A DNA stretch of 61,390 nt, counting the filler. It is 4 parts of 4 records of this genome, joined end to end, with 100 filler letters (N's around TTAATTAATTAA, not from the genome) between each part and the next. Parts side by side here need not be neighbours in the genome. Positions count along the whole stretch, not along the records: positions 11,706 to 26,261 come from SRR22947725_7831; 3 more parts are not named here. The stretch is one strand, 5' to 3'. Shown here piece by piece: positions 11,815-23,079 of the stretch. Every line of letters begins with the position of its first letter. The stretch's first letter is position 1. The position numbers and the translations under genes are program-made. The notes beneath the pieces were generated by a model, which made no database searches, was not told the origin of the DNA, and saw nothing but the letters and a program-made list of their open reading frames with translations.

Positions 11815-12138
11815 ATGGCAGATATCGCACACGTAACCGACGCTTCATTCGAATCAGATGTCCTAGGCTCTGATCTGCCCGTTTTGGTTGATTATTGGGC
11901 TGAGTGGTGTGGTCCCTGCAAGGTCATTGCGCCGGTACTAGAAGAAATCGCGGCCGAATATGACGGTAAGATGAAAGTCTGCAAATTGGACATTGATGCC
12001 AATGGCGAGACACCGCCAAAGTACGGCATTCGAGGTATTCCAACGCTGATGCTGTTTAAGAACGGCAATGTTGAAGCGACCAAAGTTGGGGCGTTATCAA
12101 AGTCTCAACTGACCGCATTTTTGGACAGTAACATCTAA
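11815..12138 (+). CDS. trxA: Thioredoxin 1
   Basis: WCGPC active site, GIPTL, located upstream of rho. Confidence 0.98.
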   Translation: MADIAHVTDASFESDVLGSDLPVLVDYWAEWCGPCKVIAPVLEEIAAEYDGKMKVCKLDIDANGETPPKYGIRGIPTLMLFKNGNVEATKVGALSKSQLTAFLDSNI

Positions 12139-12148
12139 ATTTTAGTCG

Positions 12149-12174
12149 CGAGCGTGACCCCCGGGTCATGCTCG
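12149..12174 (+). terminator. Stem-loop after trxA (terminator or attenuator-like, no U-tract)
   Basis: cgagcgtgaccc-cc-gggtcatgctcg, 12-bp stem with one G-U pair. Confidence 0.45.
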
Positions 12175-12358
12175 ACCTAAAACGAACCTAAAATAATAGT
12201 TGACAAAGGGCGCCGAACCCTTCATTTTCCTGTTTCAGCTGTGCAAGCTTGCACCCTTAACCGCACTTGCTGGCAAAAACCCCCTCGAATTTTAAACCCA
12301 AAAGGTCCTTTGGTCCTTCACCTAAGCCTCAACCCTCTTCAACATAAAGTGAATTTGA

Positions 12359-13618
12359 ATGAATCTGACTGATCTCAAAGCGAAGCCTATTCCTGAGCTT
12401 CTTGAAATTGCCCTAGAAATGGGCATGGATAATCTCGGCCGATCGCGCAAGCAAGAAATTATTGCCAATGTCCTGCGTAAGCATGCGAAAAGCGGCGAAG
12501 ACATCTATGGTGATGGCACCCTCGAAATCCTTCAGGATGGTTTTGGTTTTCTTCGCTCACCGGACAGTTCCTACCTTGCTGGGCCCGACGATATTTACGT
12601 TTCCCCCAGCCAGATTAGACGATTCAACCTCCGAACCGGCGACACAGTGTCTGGCAAAATTCGACCGCCGAAGGACAGTGAGCGATATTTCGCACTGTTG
12701 AAAGTCGACCAAATTAATTTCACCGATCCAAGTGAATCGAAGAATAAAATCCTCTTTGAAAACTTAACGCCGCTCTTCCCAGACAAAACACTGTCCCTAC
12801 AGGGCGGTAACGGCAGCACCGAAGACTTGACCTCTAGAATTATCGACTTGACCTCGCCCATCGGTAAGGGCCAGCGAGGTCTGATCGTGTCACCACCCAA
12901 AGCCGGTAAGACACTGATCCTTCAAAATATCGCGCAAGCCATTATGCGAAACAATCCTGAGTGTCATTTGATTGTTCTACTGATCGACGAACGACCCGAA
13001 GAAGTGACTGAAATGCAGCGCTCCGTGCGCGGCGAGGTTGTGGCCAGTACCTTTGATGAGCCACCCTCACGGCATGTTCAGGTCAGCGAGATGGTGATCG
13101 AAAAAGCCAAACGTCTGGTTGAGCATAAAACAGACGTCATTATTCTGCTGGACTCGATTACGCGTTTAGCACGTGCTTACAACACGGTCATTCCTGCTTC
13201 TGGAAAGGTCCTAACGGGCGGCGTTGACGCGCATGCGCTAGAGCGACCTAAGCGGTTCTTCGGGGCGGCTAGAAATATTGAAGAGGGCGGGAGCCTTACC
13301 ATTATCGCAACCTGCCTGGTCGATACCGGCTCTAAAATGGACGAGGTGATCTACGAGGAATTTAAAGGCACGGGCAACATGGAGCTCCATTTGGAGCGCA
13401 AGATCGCCGAGAAACGCGTCTACCCTGCTATTAATATTCGTCGCTCTGGCACGCGTCGAGAAGATCTTTTGATGTCCGAGGAAGAACTGCAGAAAGTTTG
13501 GATTCTTAGAAAAATCCTGCATGAGATGGACGACCTGGCCGCGATCGAATTCCTATTGGGCAAGATGAAGAAGTCCAAAACCAACGAAGAATTTTTTGCT
13601 TCTATGAAACGCAATTAA
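12359..13618 (+). CDS. rho: Transcription termination factor Rho
   Basis: [50 protein letters not shown]; 419 aa. Confidence 0.99.
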   Translation: MNLTDLKAKPIPELLEIALEMGMDNLGRSRKQEIIANVLRKHAKSGEDIYGDGTLEILQDGFGFLRSPDSSYLAGPDDIYVSPSQIRRFNLRTGDTVSGKIRPPKDSERYFALLKVDQINFTDPSESKNKILFENLTPLFPDKTLSLQGGNGSTEDLTSRIIDLTSPIGKGQRGLIVSPPKAGKTLILQNIAQAIMRNNPECHLIVLLIDERPEEVTEMQRSVRGEVVASTFDEPPSRHVQVSEMVIEKAKRLVEHKTDVIILLDSITRLARAYNTVIPASGKVLTGGVDAHALERPKRFFGAARNIEEGGSLTIIATCLVDTGSKMDEVIYEEFKGTGNMELHLERKIAEKRVYPAINIRRSGTRREDLLMSEEELQKVWILRKILHEMDDLAAIEFLLGKMKKSKTNEEFFASMKRN

Positions 13619-13620
13619 GC

Positions 13621-14322
13621 GTGACGCTCCAATGCCAAGTTACGACCAATGAGGCCCTGCAAAACGACGTCCGGCGACTGGTTTTAAGCCTGCCCACCGC
13701 GGCAAGTTATCACGCTGGTCAATACCTTTCATTATCCGTTGGCGAGCGCGCTTTTCCCTTTTCGATTGCCAATGCGCCAGGCGGGCAGCACCTTGAATTG
13801 CATATCAAAGCAACCGAAGATTCTGCTGACTCAGCTCTCATTGAACAGTTCCTCAATGACCATCCAAGCTCAGTCACCATAGAGTATCCCCTTGGGCAGT
13901 GCTTTTTGAGTCATGTACCGGCGCAGCCTGTAATTTTTATCGCCGCAGCGACCGGTATTACCCAAATCAAAAGTATGTTTGATTGGTTAACCGCTCAACC
14001 TGACGCACAGACAGTGCATGTTTATTGGGGCGTTGTCACACCAGACGATCTTTATTTAGACGACTATTTTAAGACCGCGGCGGCCCATGCCAATATCACC
14101 TACACGCCGGTTGTCAGCCACGATGACAAAACTTGGGCAGGACGGGTGGGTCTTGTCGGCGACGCGGTTCATGAGGATTTTAAGAATCTCAATGACCATT
14201 TAATCTTCGTTTCAGGCAGCCCAGGCATGGTTTACGGGACGTTAGACCGCCTCACAGCCAAGGGCTTTGATCCTAAAAACATGCGCTCGGACGTGTTCGA
14301 TTACGCCCCTCGTTCAGCTTAA
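13621..14322 (+). CDS. fre: NAD(P)H-flavin reductase / FNR-family oxidoreductase (Fre-like)
   Basis: AGQYL, FSIANAP, IAAATGI, SGSPGMV, SDVF.Y; usual position downstream of rho. Confidence 0.8.
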   Translation: MTLQCQVTTNEALQNDVRRLVLSLPTAASYHAGQYLSLSVGERAFPFSIANAPGGQHLELHIKATEDSADSALIEQFLNDHPSSVTIEYPLGQCFLSHVPAQPVIFIAAATGITQIKSMFDWLTAQPDAQTVHVYWGVVTPDDLYLDDYFKTAAAHANITYTPVVSHDDKTWAGRVGLVGDAVHEDFKNLNDHLIFVSGSPGMVYGTLDRLTAKGFDPKNMRSDVFDYAPRSA

Positions 14323-15422
14323 AGCGCCTGTAGATGAAGCAAGGCGTTGTCCGAGTCACCCAAAGCTAGAAACGAGCGGGCCAACCTTATTCGAATCAAA
14401 GCTGACGATTTCAAAGCAAGACTCTCAGAATAATGCGTCACAGCGGCCGCGTGATCGTCTGCCGTCGCCGCCAGTGCACCCATAGCAGCCAAAACATTCG
14501 CGCCCATCGCCTGCTGTTGCCATCGTGTAATCTGCCGCGATCTTTCGACTTGGGTTTCAGGGCTTAGTTCGGCGTAAACCAAATACAAGGCGAGCGTTGG
14601 AGACTGCTCAATCAGTGCGCGGCAACACTTCTCGGCAAGTTTGGGTTCATCAAAATCATCGAACGCAGCCGCAAGTAAACCATCATCCTGCAGCGAAATA
14701 CTCGGCAGCGCATTAAGCCAAGCTTGCCGCTCGGCGTCGCTCGTCAAGCTTCGACGTCCAGCAACTAACTGCTCATGCTCGGCAAGCGTCAGCGTCTCAT
14801 CAAATTTTGCGACGGCCGGTTTGTGTTTCGCCAAAAGGGCCCAGTTTTTAGCGGCCAACCATACTCTGCGCTTTATCATGAGCGTCTTTGGGTTGTCTGG
14901 CAGCTCGGTTATATGCTCGGCTGCTTGGTCCGTTAAACCCGCCTTCAGCGCAAGCGCTGCTTGGTTCAGCGCCGCCAGTTCTTGCTGGGATTGACTGCCT
15001 AAGGCAAGGGCCTCTAAAGCACTAGCCTGCGCCTCACCCACCTCGCCAGTGGCCAGCAGCGCAAGCGCTGCAGGTTTTGTACTCGGCAGATCGAGCGCTT
15101 GCGAAAGATATCGATTACCACGCTTTACCTCGCCCAATTCACGAAGGGTTGCGCCTTTACCTAAGAACGTTAAGGCCCTCGCCAGTCGACGATGATCAGA
15201 CCAAGCAGCAAGCTTGTTTTTGGTACCCAAAACAGTCCGCAAGAAAAGCCATAACCAGCGCAGCCCCAGCAGCAGCACAAGCAGACCAAGGACCGCAACC
15301 CACAAACTGGTTTGTAGCATCATGTCTTCATAGGCAATCAGGACATAACCCGGTGAGCGGCTCGTGATCGTACCAACCGCAAGCGCCAGAACGACCGTTA
15401 TGATGAGCAAGAAGCGACGCAT
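14319..15422 (-). CDS. hemY: HemY N-terminal-domain / TPR membrane protein
   Basis: PGYVLIAY...LQTSLW motif and two TM helices; last gene of hemCDXY. Confidence 0.8.
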   Translation of the reverse strand: MRRFLLIITVVLALAVGTITSRSPGYVLIAYEDMMLQTSLWVAVLGLLVLLLGLRWLWLFLRTVLGTKNKLAAWSDHRRLARALTFLGKGATLRELGEVKRGNRYLSQALDLPSTKPAALALLATGEVGEAQASALEALALGSQSQQELAALNQAALALKAGLTDQAAEHITELPDNPKTLMIKRRVWLAAKNWALLAKHKPAVAKFDETLTLAEHEQLVAGRRSLTSDAERQAWLNALPSISLQDDGLLAAAFDDFDEPKLAEKCCRALIEQSPTLALYLVYAELSPETQVERSRQITRWQQQAMGANVLAAMGALAATADDHAAAVTHYSESLALKSSALIRIRLARSFLALGDSDNALLHLQAL

Positions 15423-16489
15423 CAGGGCGACACCGCCTGAGGCGTTCGAACCTGCGCTAACGCGGCTATTGACGCCTCGACGGTTGGCAGCTCCGGCTGA
15501 ATGATCTCTATTTTTAGTTGGCCTAAGTCCGCCAAAAAAGCCTGATGCGCCGCAGCCGTCGGATCAAAATAATCACCGACCCAGGTATCAACCTTACGAA
15601 GTTCCTCATCAAAAATAGGCTGCTCCAAGCGAAGCAGAGCACTTTGCGCTGTACTTAAGCTCAGTAATAGATTCTGCCTTAGGTCTTGTGCTGCTTGCGC
15701 CGTTGGAACGGGTTTGGGTACAGACTCGCCCCGCCTAAAGTCGACAAGGCCAACCAATCGCACCCAAAGGGTATCCCATGCCTGCTGGGCCCAGCCCCAA
15801 AAACCTGGGACCAACGGCTGCGTCGACTGCGAGATTTGCTTGGGCGCCAGCATCACGCGCCTAAGAGGCAAATCTGGCACAGCACGCATCAATTGGCCAA
15901 GGCTTAGATAAAGACCAATTCGATCAACCGATGGCACCTGCGCCAAAAGCGCTAAATCAGAGACGATGGCCGCGCGAAGCAAAACCAAGTCGCGCCCCTC
16001 AGCCCCGATTAAGGCCTTGTCTGCCTGACCCAGAAAGCCCATTGCTTGCGGAACATCCGCAAAGACATTGAGCGCAAGCGACGCCATTCGCACAAGGGTT
16101 GCTACCTCTGCCAGCTGCCATACTGCCGCCTGCTCGGTCGATTGTTGACGCACTAAAGCAATGGATTCTGCTTGGCTATCGATGCGCATTGTTACATCTT
16201 GCAGCGCTTCAACGAGCTGGCTTTGTCCTTGGTTGAGATCGGACAACGCTTGCCGCGCTTGATCCAATTCCGTCTGCAAAGTCGTCAAGACGGCCAGTCT
16301 TTCGGCTTGGTTTTTTTGCTCATCTTGTAGCAGCAACATTTGCCAGGCACTGAGCGCGAAACCCGCTAAAAGCAGCAGTAGAACAAATCCGAGGCCTCGC
16401 GCACCCCTTGATTGAGGCGTCGCAGACGCTTCAGGGGTTTGTAAGGTTTCAGATGGATTCTGGGTTGACTCGGGGACTGGCGCCTTCAC
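15422..16489 (-). CDS. hemX: HemX family membrane protein
   Basis: N-terminal TM, coiled coil, W.LAEV..L.R.A, LR.AI..DL, W...YFD. Confidence 0.85.
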   Translation of the reverse strand: MKAPVPESTQNPSETLQTPEASATPQSRGARGLGFVLLLLLAGFALSAWQMLLLQDEQKNQAERLAVLTTLQTELDQARQALSDLNQGQSQLVEALQDVTMRIDSQAESIALVRQQSTEQAAVWQLAEVATLVRMASLALNVFADVPQAMGFLGQADKALIGAEGRDLVLLRAAIVSDLALLAQVPSVDRIGLYLSLGQLMRAVPDLPLRRVMLAPKQISQSTQPLVPGFWGWAQQAWDTLWVRLVGLVDFRRGESVPKPVPTAQAAQDLRQNLLLSLSTAQSALLRLEQPIFDEELRKVDTWVGDYFDPTAAAHQAFLADLGQLKIEIIQPELPTVEASIAALAQVRTPQAVSP

Positions 16490-17232
16490 GGGAACTCGGC
16501 TCCTTGATTTGATGGATCACGGGTTAATCCCTCGAGTATGCCAGAGACACTGGCGTCCGGGGCCTCAATTAACTGGATATATCCCAAGCGCCGCGCAACA
16601 TCGGCAATTCTGCTCGCGGTGACGCACAGCACCACTCGACGCCGGCTCGCCTCGGATAAATGGCTTGATAAAGCCTGCAAAATATCGGTACTGGTTACTA
16701 AGATCGCGTCATAACCCTCGGCAATCAGCGCATCAAGGTTTTCGATGCGCTGGGGGACTCGCTCGTAACACTCGTACCGCGCAACCGTTGCCCCGCGATC
16801 TTGTAAAGTCGTCTCAAGGTAATCCCGACCCAATCGACCGGTCACGATGAGCACCTTCTTAGCGAAAGGCGCGGCGAACACCGGCAAGCTCAGCAAGGGT
16901 TCAGAGCCAGGCCGATCTGGCGCAATGGCCAAGATCCCTAACGCTTCAAGCCGAATTTTTGTTGCTGGACCAACAGCAAAGACATTCGTCTTGGCTGCCC
17001 GAGCCAGTTGCGGGATCAAGTCTCCCGCATAGTCGATCGCATTTTGGCTGGTGAAAATAATATACTGCTCGGGATCAAGGTACCCATCAGGCGGCCGCTG
17101 AGCGGTCGCAAGATTCAGTTGCTGAATCTGAACTAAGGGCGCCTGCACGACCTGAATCTTGCGCGCCTGTAATGCCGCGGCGATCTCGTCATTAAACCCA
17201 GCTGGCCGGGTAAGCAGTATTTTTTTGATCAT
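16486..17232 (-). CDS. hemD: Uroporphyrinogen-III synthase
   Basis: ILLTRP, IFTSQNA, FAVGPAT, GR..L..TL..RGA.V...ECYER. Confidence 0.92.
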   Translation of the reverse strand: MIKKILLTRPAGFNDEIAAALQARKIQVVQAPLVQIQQLNLATAQRPPDGYLDPEQYIIFTSQNAIDYAGDLIPQLARAAKTNVFAVGPATKIRLEALGILAIAPDRPGSEPLLSLPVFAAPFAKKVLIVTGRLGRDYLETTLQDRGATVARYECYERVPQRIENLDALIAEGYDAILVTSTDILQALSSHLSEASRRRVVLCVTASRIADVARRLGYIQLIEAPDASVSGILEGLTRDPSNQGAEFP

Positions 17233-18162
17233 TTAGGGCGACTCAGCAACCAGCGCTAAAGCCCCTTTGTCGATTAGCTCGTCTGCAACCCGATCCGCCA
17301 TAGCCCGGGCATTTTCGATCACATCGCGTCCACTAACAGTGAGCACTTGCTCACCGCGGAGATCGCTCACAAAGGTGTCTAGTTGCACCGTTGGCTCAGC
17401 GTCATTGCCTAAGCGTCGTGCGAAAGCGGCAACCGGTAAATTACAAGTCGCCCCAAGCCTACGCGAAATCTGACGCTCGCAACTGACCGTGGCAAAGGTT
17501 GACTCGTGGTTCACAGCCCTAATGATATCAATCAGATCATCCCGATCGGCACGCGCTTCAAGCCCGACAGCGCCTTGTCCGGCGCTGGGGAGACAAATAT
17601 CAGTCGGGATGTTTTCAGTGATCCGGTGACCCAAGCCCAAGCGGGCAAGGCCAGCCGAGGCCAGGATAATGCCCTGAAAATCACCGTTATCTAAACGCTT
17701 CAGACGCGTTTCAACATTACCTCGAAGGTTTTCAAACACAAGCTGGGGATAAGCCTTGGCCAATTGCAGGCACCGCCGTAAGCTCGACGAACCAATTTTT
17801 GCGCCGGGCGGCAGGTCGGCCAAGCCAGCATAATCATTGGCAACAAACGCATCCCGAGGATCCCCGCGCTGACACAGCGCAACCAACGCTAGACCATCTG
17901 GTAATTCAGCGGGTACATCCTTGGTTGAATGCACTGCGAAATCAGCATCACCGGTTTGTAAGGCAATTTCGAGTTCTTTAACGAAAACGCCCTTACCGCC
18001 AATCTCTGACAGAGCGGCAACACGATTCCGATCGCCTTCGGTCGATAAACCGACTATCTCGACCTGTACCTCGGGGAAACTTGCTCTGATCTGATCTGCG
18101 ACGTCATTAGCCTGCCAAAGGGCCAAGGGGCTTTTGCGCGTGGCAAGGCGAATGATTCTCAA
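17233..18162 (-). CDS. hemC: Hydroxymethylbilane synthase (porphobilinogen deaminase)
   Basis: ATRKSPLALWQA, GGKGVFVKELE, AVHSTKDVP, LRGNVETRL, GQGA. Confidence 0.98.
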   Translation of the reverse strand: MRIIRLATRKSPLALWQANDVADQIRASFPEVQVEIVGLSTEGDRNRVAALSEIGGKGVFVKELEIALQTGDADFAVHSTKDVPAELPDGLALVALCQRGDPRDAFVANDYAGLADLPPGAKIGSSSLRRCLQLAKAYPQLVFENLRGNVETRLKRLDNGDFQGIILASAGLARLGLGHRITENIPTDICLPSAGQGAVGLEARADRDDLIDIIRAVNHESTFATVSCERQISRRLGATCNLPVAAFARRLGNDAEPTVQLDTFVSDLRGEQVLTVSGRDVIENARAMADRVADELIDKGALALVAESP

Positions 18163-18369
18163 GGGGGCCTCTCAACGTCTAAAAACGCAACACTAACTTG
18201 GACGGGATGACGAGTAAACCTTGATTTTCAGAAACCGGGCCGGGCGCCCTAACTGAGACTTGATTCGGGCCAGCCCGATTAAAACCCATCGCCTGCCCTT
18301 GTCTGTAGATCACGCCAACTCTGATTCACCAGCTGGTATACTCTTGTTTTTGAGCATCAGGATACCCCA

Positions 18370-19755
18370 GTGAGCCAAGGCAATGAAAAGCTATGGGACG
18401 GCCGTTTTTCGGAGGCAACCGATGCCTTTGTTGAAGCCTTTACCGCATCCGTCACGTTCGATTTCGAGCTAGCCCTGTTCGACATCGAAGGGTCCGTGGC
18501 TCATGCCACAATGCTGGGGCGATGCGGCATTATCGACGGTGAGACCGCCGAGGCCATTGTCACCGGCCTGACCGAAATCCGAGCAGATATCGAAGCCGGT
18601 GTCTTCAATTGGTCCGTTCAGCTTGAGGATGTTCACATGAACATCGAAGCGGCGCTCACAGACCGGATTGGCGAGCAGGGCAAAGCCCTGCACACCGGCC
18701 GAAGCCGAAACGATCAAGTCGCAACCGATGTCAGAATGTATCTCCGGCACAATATCGACCTGATCCTGGAACAGATCCGGCATTTACAACGTGGACTCCT
18801 GGACCTCGCCGAAGGCCATTGCGAGACCATTATGCCCGGATTCACCCATCTGCAAGTTGCTCAGCCTGTGGTTTTTGGTCACCACCTCATGGCCTGGTAC
18901 GAAATGCTGCGCCGCGACGCCGATCGACTCCAAGACTGTCGACGCCGGGTCAACACCTTGCCCCTCGGCGCTGCGGCATTGGCTGGCACTAGCTTTCCAA
19001 TCGATCGCGCGATGGTTGCGGAGTTGCTGGGTTTTGAGGCGATCGCAGAAAATTCACTCGATGCGGTCAGTGATCGAGATTTTGCGATTGAATTTACCAG
19101 CGCCGCCAGTCTTTTGATGATGCATCTATCGCGTTGGTCAGAGGAGATGATCTTATGGGCCTCGCCCCAATTTGGGTTCATCGAACTGCCGGACCGGTTT
19201 TGCACCGGGTCCTCGATCATGCCGCAGAAAAAGAATCCTGATGTCCCAGAACTCGTTCGAGGCAAAGCGGCTCGGGTCTTTGGCAGCCTTATGGCGCTGC
19301 TCACCCTGATGAAGAGTCAACCGCTGGCCTATAACAAGGACAATCAAGAAGACAAAGAGCCGCTCATCGATACTGTTCGAACCCTGAAAGATTGCCTGCG
19401 CGCTTTTGGCGATATGATCCCCAATATCAAAGCCCAGCCCGATAATATGCGCGCCGCGGCGGAACGCGGCTTTGCCACCGCCACAGACCTTGCTGATTAC
19501 TTGGTGAGGAAGGGCCTGGCGTTCCGTGATGCCCATCACGTTGTCGGGCGTTTAGTGGGGCTTGCGGTCGAGCGGGGCGTCGATTTAGCAGCATTGACGC
19601 TGGCTGATTTCGAGACAGAAAGCGATCAAATCACGGAGGATGTTTACGCAGTGCTCACTTTGGAAGGCTCGGTTGCCGCCAGATCACACCTTGGCGGGAC
19701 AGCGCCCGACACGGTTCGGGCGGCCATTGCCCGGGCTAAGCATCAATTAGGGTAA
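18370..19755 (+). CDS. argH: Argininosuccinate lyase
   Basis: [34 protein letters not shown]. Confidence 0.98.
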   Translation: MSQGNEKLWDGRFSEATDAFVEAFTASVTFDFELALFDIEGSVAHATMLGRCGIIDGETAEAIVTGLTEIRADIEAGVFNWSVQLEDVHMNIEAALTDRIGEQGKALHTGRSRNDQVATDVRMYLRHNIDLILEQIRHLQRGLLDLAEGHCETIMPGFTHLQVAQPVVFGHHLMAWYEMLRRDADRLQDCRRRVNTLPLGAAALAGTSFPIDRAMVAELLGFEAIAENSLDAVSDRDFAIEFTSAASLLMMHLSRWSEEMILWASPQFGFIELPDRFCTGSSIMPQKKNPDVPELVRGKAARVFGSLMALLTLMKSQPLAYNKDNQEDKEPLIDTVRTLKDCLRAFGDMIPNIKAQPDNMRAAAERGFATATDLADYLVRKGLAFRDAHHVVGRLVGLAVERGVDLAALTLADFETESDQITEDVYAVLTLEGSVAARSHLGGTAPDTVRAAIARAKHQLG

Positions 19756-20077
19756 AGACTTCGACCGGCGCCCCAGATTGTTCACTCACGACCCGGTTGA
19801 GCAGCGCAGATAAGCGCTCCTGAGTCACCGCGCAAAACCACTGATCTTGCTGCTCACGAAGATGAAAGCCGCCCGATTTAGCCGCCACCCAAATTTCTTG
19901 TTGGACCGGCTGTCGACTGATCACGATCTGAGACCCATCAGGAAAGGTTAGCGTCAGCTGACCATTGGCCCCATCAACGTCAACGTCTTGCGGTAATTCA
20001 TCAATACAATCTTCAATCATCATCATCAGCGCATCCAGTTGCTGATGATACTGCTGTTCTATCGAGCCTTGTGACAA
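19736..20077 (-). CDS. cyaY: Iron donor protein CyaY (frataxin)
   Basis: [15 protein letters not shown]....[15 protein letters not shown] start at 20077 follows a purine-rich RBS. Confidence 0.93.
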   Translation of the reverse strand: MSQGSIEQQYHQQLDALMMMIEDCIDELPQDVDVDGANGQLTLTFPDGSQIVISRQPVQQEIWVAAKSGGFHLREQQDQWFCAVTQERLSALLNRVVSEQSGAPVEVFTLIDA

Positions 20078-20140
20078 ATCCCTTCTCCCTATCAACCACC
20101 GAACGCAGTATACTCAACGTTTCCGCCTTTATCGTGCGCT

Positions 20141-20254
20141 ATGCGAACAATTGTCATTATTCTTTGCCTCATCCTGACGAGTTGCGGTCAGAAGGGCCCT
20201 CTCTATCCCAAAGAAACCCTGGCCGAGCCGGTAACGGTCAAGGAGCGTGCATGA
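20141..20254 (+). CDS. lptM: Small lipoprotein LptM/YifL (37 aa; below the ORF-track cutoff)
   Basis: MRTIVIILCLILTSCGQKGPLYPKETLAEPVTVKERA*: lipobox plus CGQKGPLY. Its stop overlaps the lysA ATG (ATGA). Confidence 0.9.
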   Translation: MRTIVIILCLILTSCGQKGPLYPKETLAEPVTVKERA

Positions 20255-21534
20255 ACGATTTTAACTACCAAGAAAACCGCCTGCACTGTGAAGACTACCC
20301 CCTCGACAACTTGGCGAGCACCTTTGGCACCCCCTGTTTTGTTTACTCAGCAAGCGCCATGACGGTCGCATTTGAAACGATCCAATCCGCCTTTGATTAC
20401 CATAACCCCCTCATTTGTTACGCGGTCAAAGCGAATTCGAATCTGGCCGTTTTAAAGCGGTTATGCGATTTGGGCGCTGGCTTTGATATCGTTTCAGGTG
20501 GCGAATTGGTCCGCGTTTTGAGAGTGGGTGCGGACCCAAGCAAAATCGTATTTTCCGGTGTTGGTAAACAAACAGATGAAATCGAAGCGGCCCTGGCTGC
20601 CAAAATAAAATGCTTTAATGTCGAGTCAGAGGCAGAACTTCACCACATCGCGGAGATCGCAGAGCGACTTGGCACCACGGCGCCAATTTCCCTTAGAGTC
20701 AACCCAGACGTCGACCCCAAAACCCATCCCTACATCTCGACCGGTTTAAAAGAATCCAAGTTTGGCGTTCCGATGAACCAAGCGTTACGACTTTACGCCG
20801 CGGCCCAAAGTCTGACTGGGATTATGATCAAGGGCATCGATATTCATATTGGCTCGCAAATCACACAGCTTGCGCCCTATCTCGATGCCCTCGACAAGAT
20901 GTTTACCCTCATTGACCAGCTCAATGACCAAGGGATTGTTCTTGAGCACTTTGACATCGGGGGCGGCATGGGGATCCGTTATGAGCAAGAACCGGACTTC
21001 CCGATCAAGGCGCTCTCAGATGCCTTGCAGCAAAAGATGGCCGATCGCAAACTCGAGATTATTTTGGAGCCGGGACGGTACATCGTTGCAAATGCTGGCA
21101 TCCTGCTCACCCAAGTACTCTACACCAAGCATAACGAGTCTCGGGCCTTCGCAGTTGTTGATGCGGCCATGAACGATTTGATTCGGCCAGCGCTCTATGA
21201 CGCGGTGCAGGCGGTGCTGCCGGTGATCGCACAGACCAACCCATCAGAGCGGTTTGAAATCGTCGGCCCGATCTGTGAATCCGGCGATTTCCTGGCAAAG
21301 GACTGCTTGATCGATTTAGAAAGCGGCGCGCTCATTGCCCTTGCGTCGTCCGGCGCCTATGGCATGTCGATGAGCTCCAATTACAATACTCGAGGTCGGG
21401 CTGCTGAGGTTTTGGTTGACGGCGCGGAGGCACAATTGATTCGCCGGCGCGAAACCATCGATGACGTCCTAGCCGCAGAAACCAATCTCGGCACGGTGAC
21501 GAGCGCGCCAACCGTCAACATCAGCGCACGCTAA
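20251..21534 (+). CDS. lysA: Diaminopimelate decarboxylase (true start 20251, not 20071)
   Basis: YAVKANSN (PLP Lys), HIGSQ, DIGGG, EPGR, GPICESGD, MSSNYN.R. Confidence 0.97.
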   Translation: MNDFNYQENRLHCEDYPLDNLASTFGTPCFVYSASAMTVAFETIQSAFDYHNPLICYAVKANSNLAVLKRLCDLGAGFDIVSGGELVRVLRVGADPSKIVFSGVGKQTDEIEAALAAKIKCFNVESEAELHHIAEIAERLGTTAPISLRVNPDVDPKTHPYISTGLKESKFGVPMNQALRLYAAAQSLTGIMIKGIDIHIGSQITQLAPYLDALDKMFTLIDQLNDQGIVLEHFDIGGGMGIRYEQEPDFPIKALSDALQQKMADRKLEIILEPGRYIVANAGILLTQVLYTKHNESRAFAVVDAAMNDLIRPALYDAVQAVLPVIAQTNPSERFEIVGPICESGDFLAKDCLIDLESGALIALASSGAYGMSMSSNYNTRGRAAEVLVDGAEAQLIRRRETIDDVLAAETNLGTVTSAPTVNISAR

Positions 21535-21543
21535 GGCCTGGGT

Positions 21544-22392
21544 ATGATCGTCAACTTCTCGAAAATGCACGGCAGTGGTAATGACTTTGTCGTAATCGAT
21601 TTGGTAACCCAAGCAGGCGCCTTGAGCCCCGCCTGCGTACGCGATCTCGCCCACCGGCATACGGGTGTTGGTTTCGATCAGTTGCTCACAATCGAGCCCC
21701 CAACCATCCGCACAGCCGATTTTTTCTATCGCATCTATAATGCTGATGGCTCAGAGTCAGGCCAATGCGGAAACGGTGCGCGCTGTGTTGCGAAGTTTAT
21801 TTTTGATAAGCAGTTATCGCCCAAGTCAGAATTGGTATTGCAAACAAACACCGGGCAACTCACCACCCAGCGCGTTTCTAGCCAGGCTATTCGAGTGAAT
21901 ATGGGAAAGCCACAACTGGATCCAGCCGCCATTCCCTTTGAACCCACACCAGGCGAGCAGGCCCCTTACGCCGCGTCGTTTCAGGATGGTTCACGATATG
22001 CCTTCGGCGTTGCTAATATTGGCAACCCACATGGGGTGCTGTTGGTTGAGTCCACTCAGGCGCTAGATGTTGCCGGTCTCGCGACTGAATTTCGCGCGCA
22101 AACGCACTTTGAGGCCGGGGTTAACGTAGGCTTTATGGCCTTGACCTCGCAGACCGCCATCACTCTACGAGTATCAGAACGCGGCGCTGGCGAGACCCTG
22201 GCTTGTGGTTCTGGCGCTTGCGCCGCGGTTGCTGTTGGCCGCGCAATGAACCTTTTGTCCGAGACGGTTTTGGTCGAAATGCCGGGCGGCGCTGTGACCG
22301 TCACTTGGCCTGGGCCAGGACAAGACCTTTGGCTCACCGGACCGGCAGTTCGAGTCTTCGATGGTAAAATCAAAATCAATGACCCGTCTTAA
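21544..22392 (+). CDS. dapF: Diaminopimelate epimerase
   Basis: KMHGSGNDF, NADGSE..QCGNGARC, GNPH, ERGAGETLACGSGACA. Confidence 0.97.
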   Translation: MIVNFSKMHGSGNDFVVIDLVTQAGALSPACVRDLAHRHTGVGFDQLLTIEPPTIRTADFFYRIYNADGSESGQCGNGARCVAKFIFDKQLSPKSELVLQTNTGQLTTQRVSSQAIRVNMGKPQLDPAAIPFEPTPGEQAPYAASFQDGSRYAFGVANIGNPHGVLLVESTQALDVAGLATEFRAQTHFEAGVNVGFMALTSQTAITLRVSERGAGETLACGSGACAAVAVGRAMNLLSETVLVEMPGGAVTVTWPGPGQDLWLTGPAVRVFDGKIKINDPS

Positions 22393-22401
22393 GGAGCCCT
22401 C

Positions 22402-23079
22402 ATGAGTGAAAAGGTTACCTACACCCAAATCCAAAACTATTTAAAAGAGCATCCCGACGATTTAGAGCGTCTCGTTCTGGAAGCCATCCCTGACACAAAA
22501 GGTGCGGTCTCGCTTGCAGGACACAAGCTACAGCTGGTGTCCGAAAAATTGGCGCTAGCAGAACAGCAGATCCATGAATTTATAGACGTGTCGACACAAA
22601 ACCAAACGCTCTTCCAGCTCTGTCATCAACTGGTTCAACAGTTGCAAAAACCGCAGTCGATTCAAGCAGCAACGGCTCGACTAGGCGAAATCTTGAAGGC
22701 AACCCTCGACACCCGAGACTACCATTTGTTCATCTTCCAAGATAAGGCTGAGCCCGACTGTACGGCCACCAGCTTCGTGTCCCAAGCAAACTTTCAAACA
22801 GCGGTTGGGGGCTTATTTAATCCAGATAAACCCATTCTGGGTGTCGTGCGGGCAGAAGAATCAAAGTGCCTTTTCCCGGATCTGGATCATGACATTTCAT
22901 CCTGCGCGATTATTCCGCTCGTCAGTGAAGACTTGGTCGGCGCGCTCACCATTGGCAGCCAAGACAGCAATGGCTTCCATCGCGATCAGGACACCTTGTT
23001 CATTCAATTTATCGGCGACTTCTTAGCGGGACTGATCAAACATCGTTTTTTGATCGATGACCCAAAGCAAGGGGACTGA
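22402..23079 (+). CDS. yigA: DUF484 (YigA) family protein
   Basis: YL..HPD, GAVSL, GS.D...F....DTLF; sits between dapF and xerC. Confidence 0.8.
   Translation: MSEKVTYTQIQNYLKEHPDDLERLVLEAIPDTKGAVSLAGHKLQLVSEKLALAEQQIHEFIDVSTQNQTLFQLCHQLVQQLQKPQSIQAATARLGEILKATLDTRDYHLFIFQDKAEPDCTATSFVSQANFQTAVGGLFNPDKPILGVVRAEESKCLFPDLDHDISSCAIIPLVSEDLVGALTIGSQDSNGFHRDQDTLFIQFIGDFLAGLIKHRFLIDDPKQGD

Noticed and set aside
20071-20250. N-terminal extension of LysA
   Set aside because: The region holds lptM in another frame; lysA starts at ATG 20251 after an AGGAG RBS.
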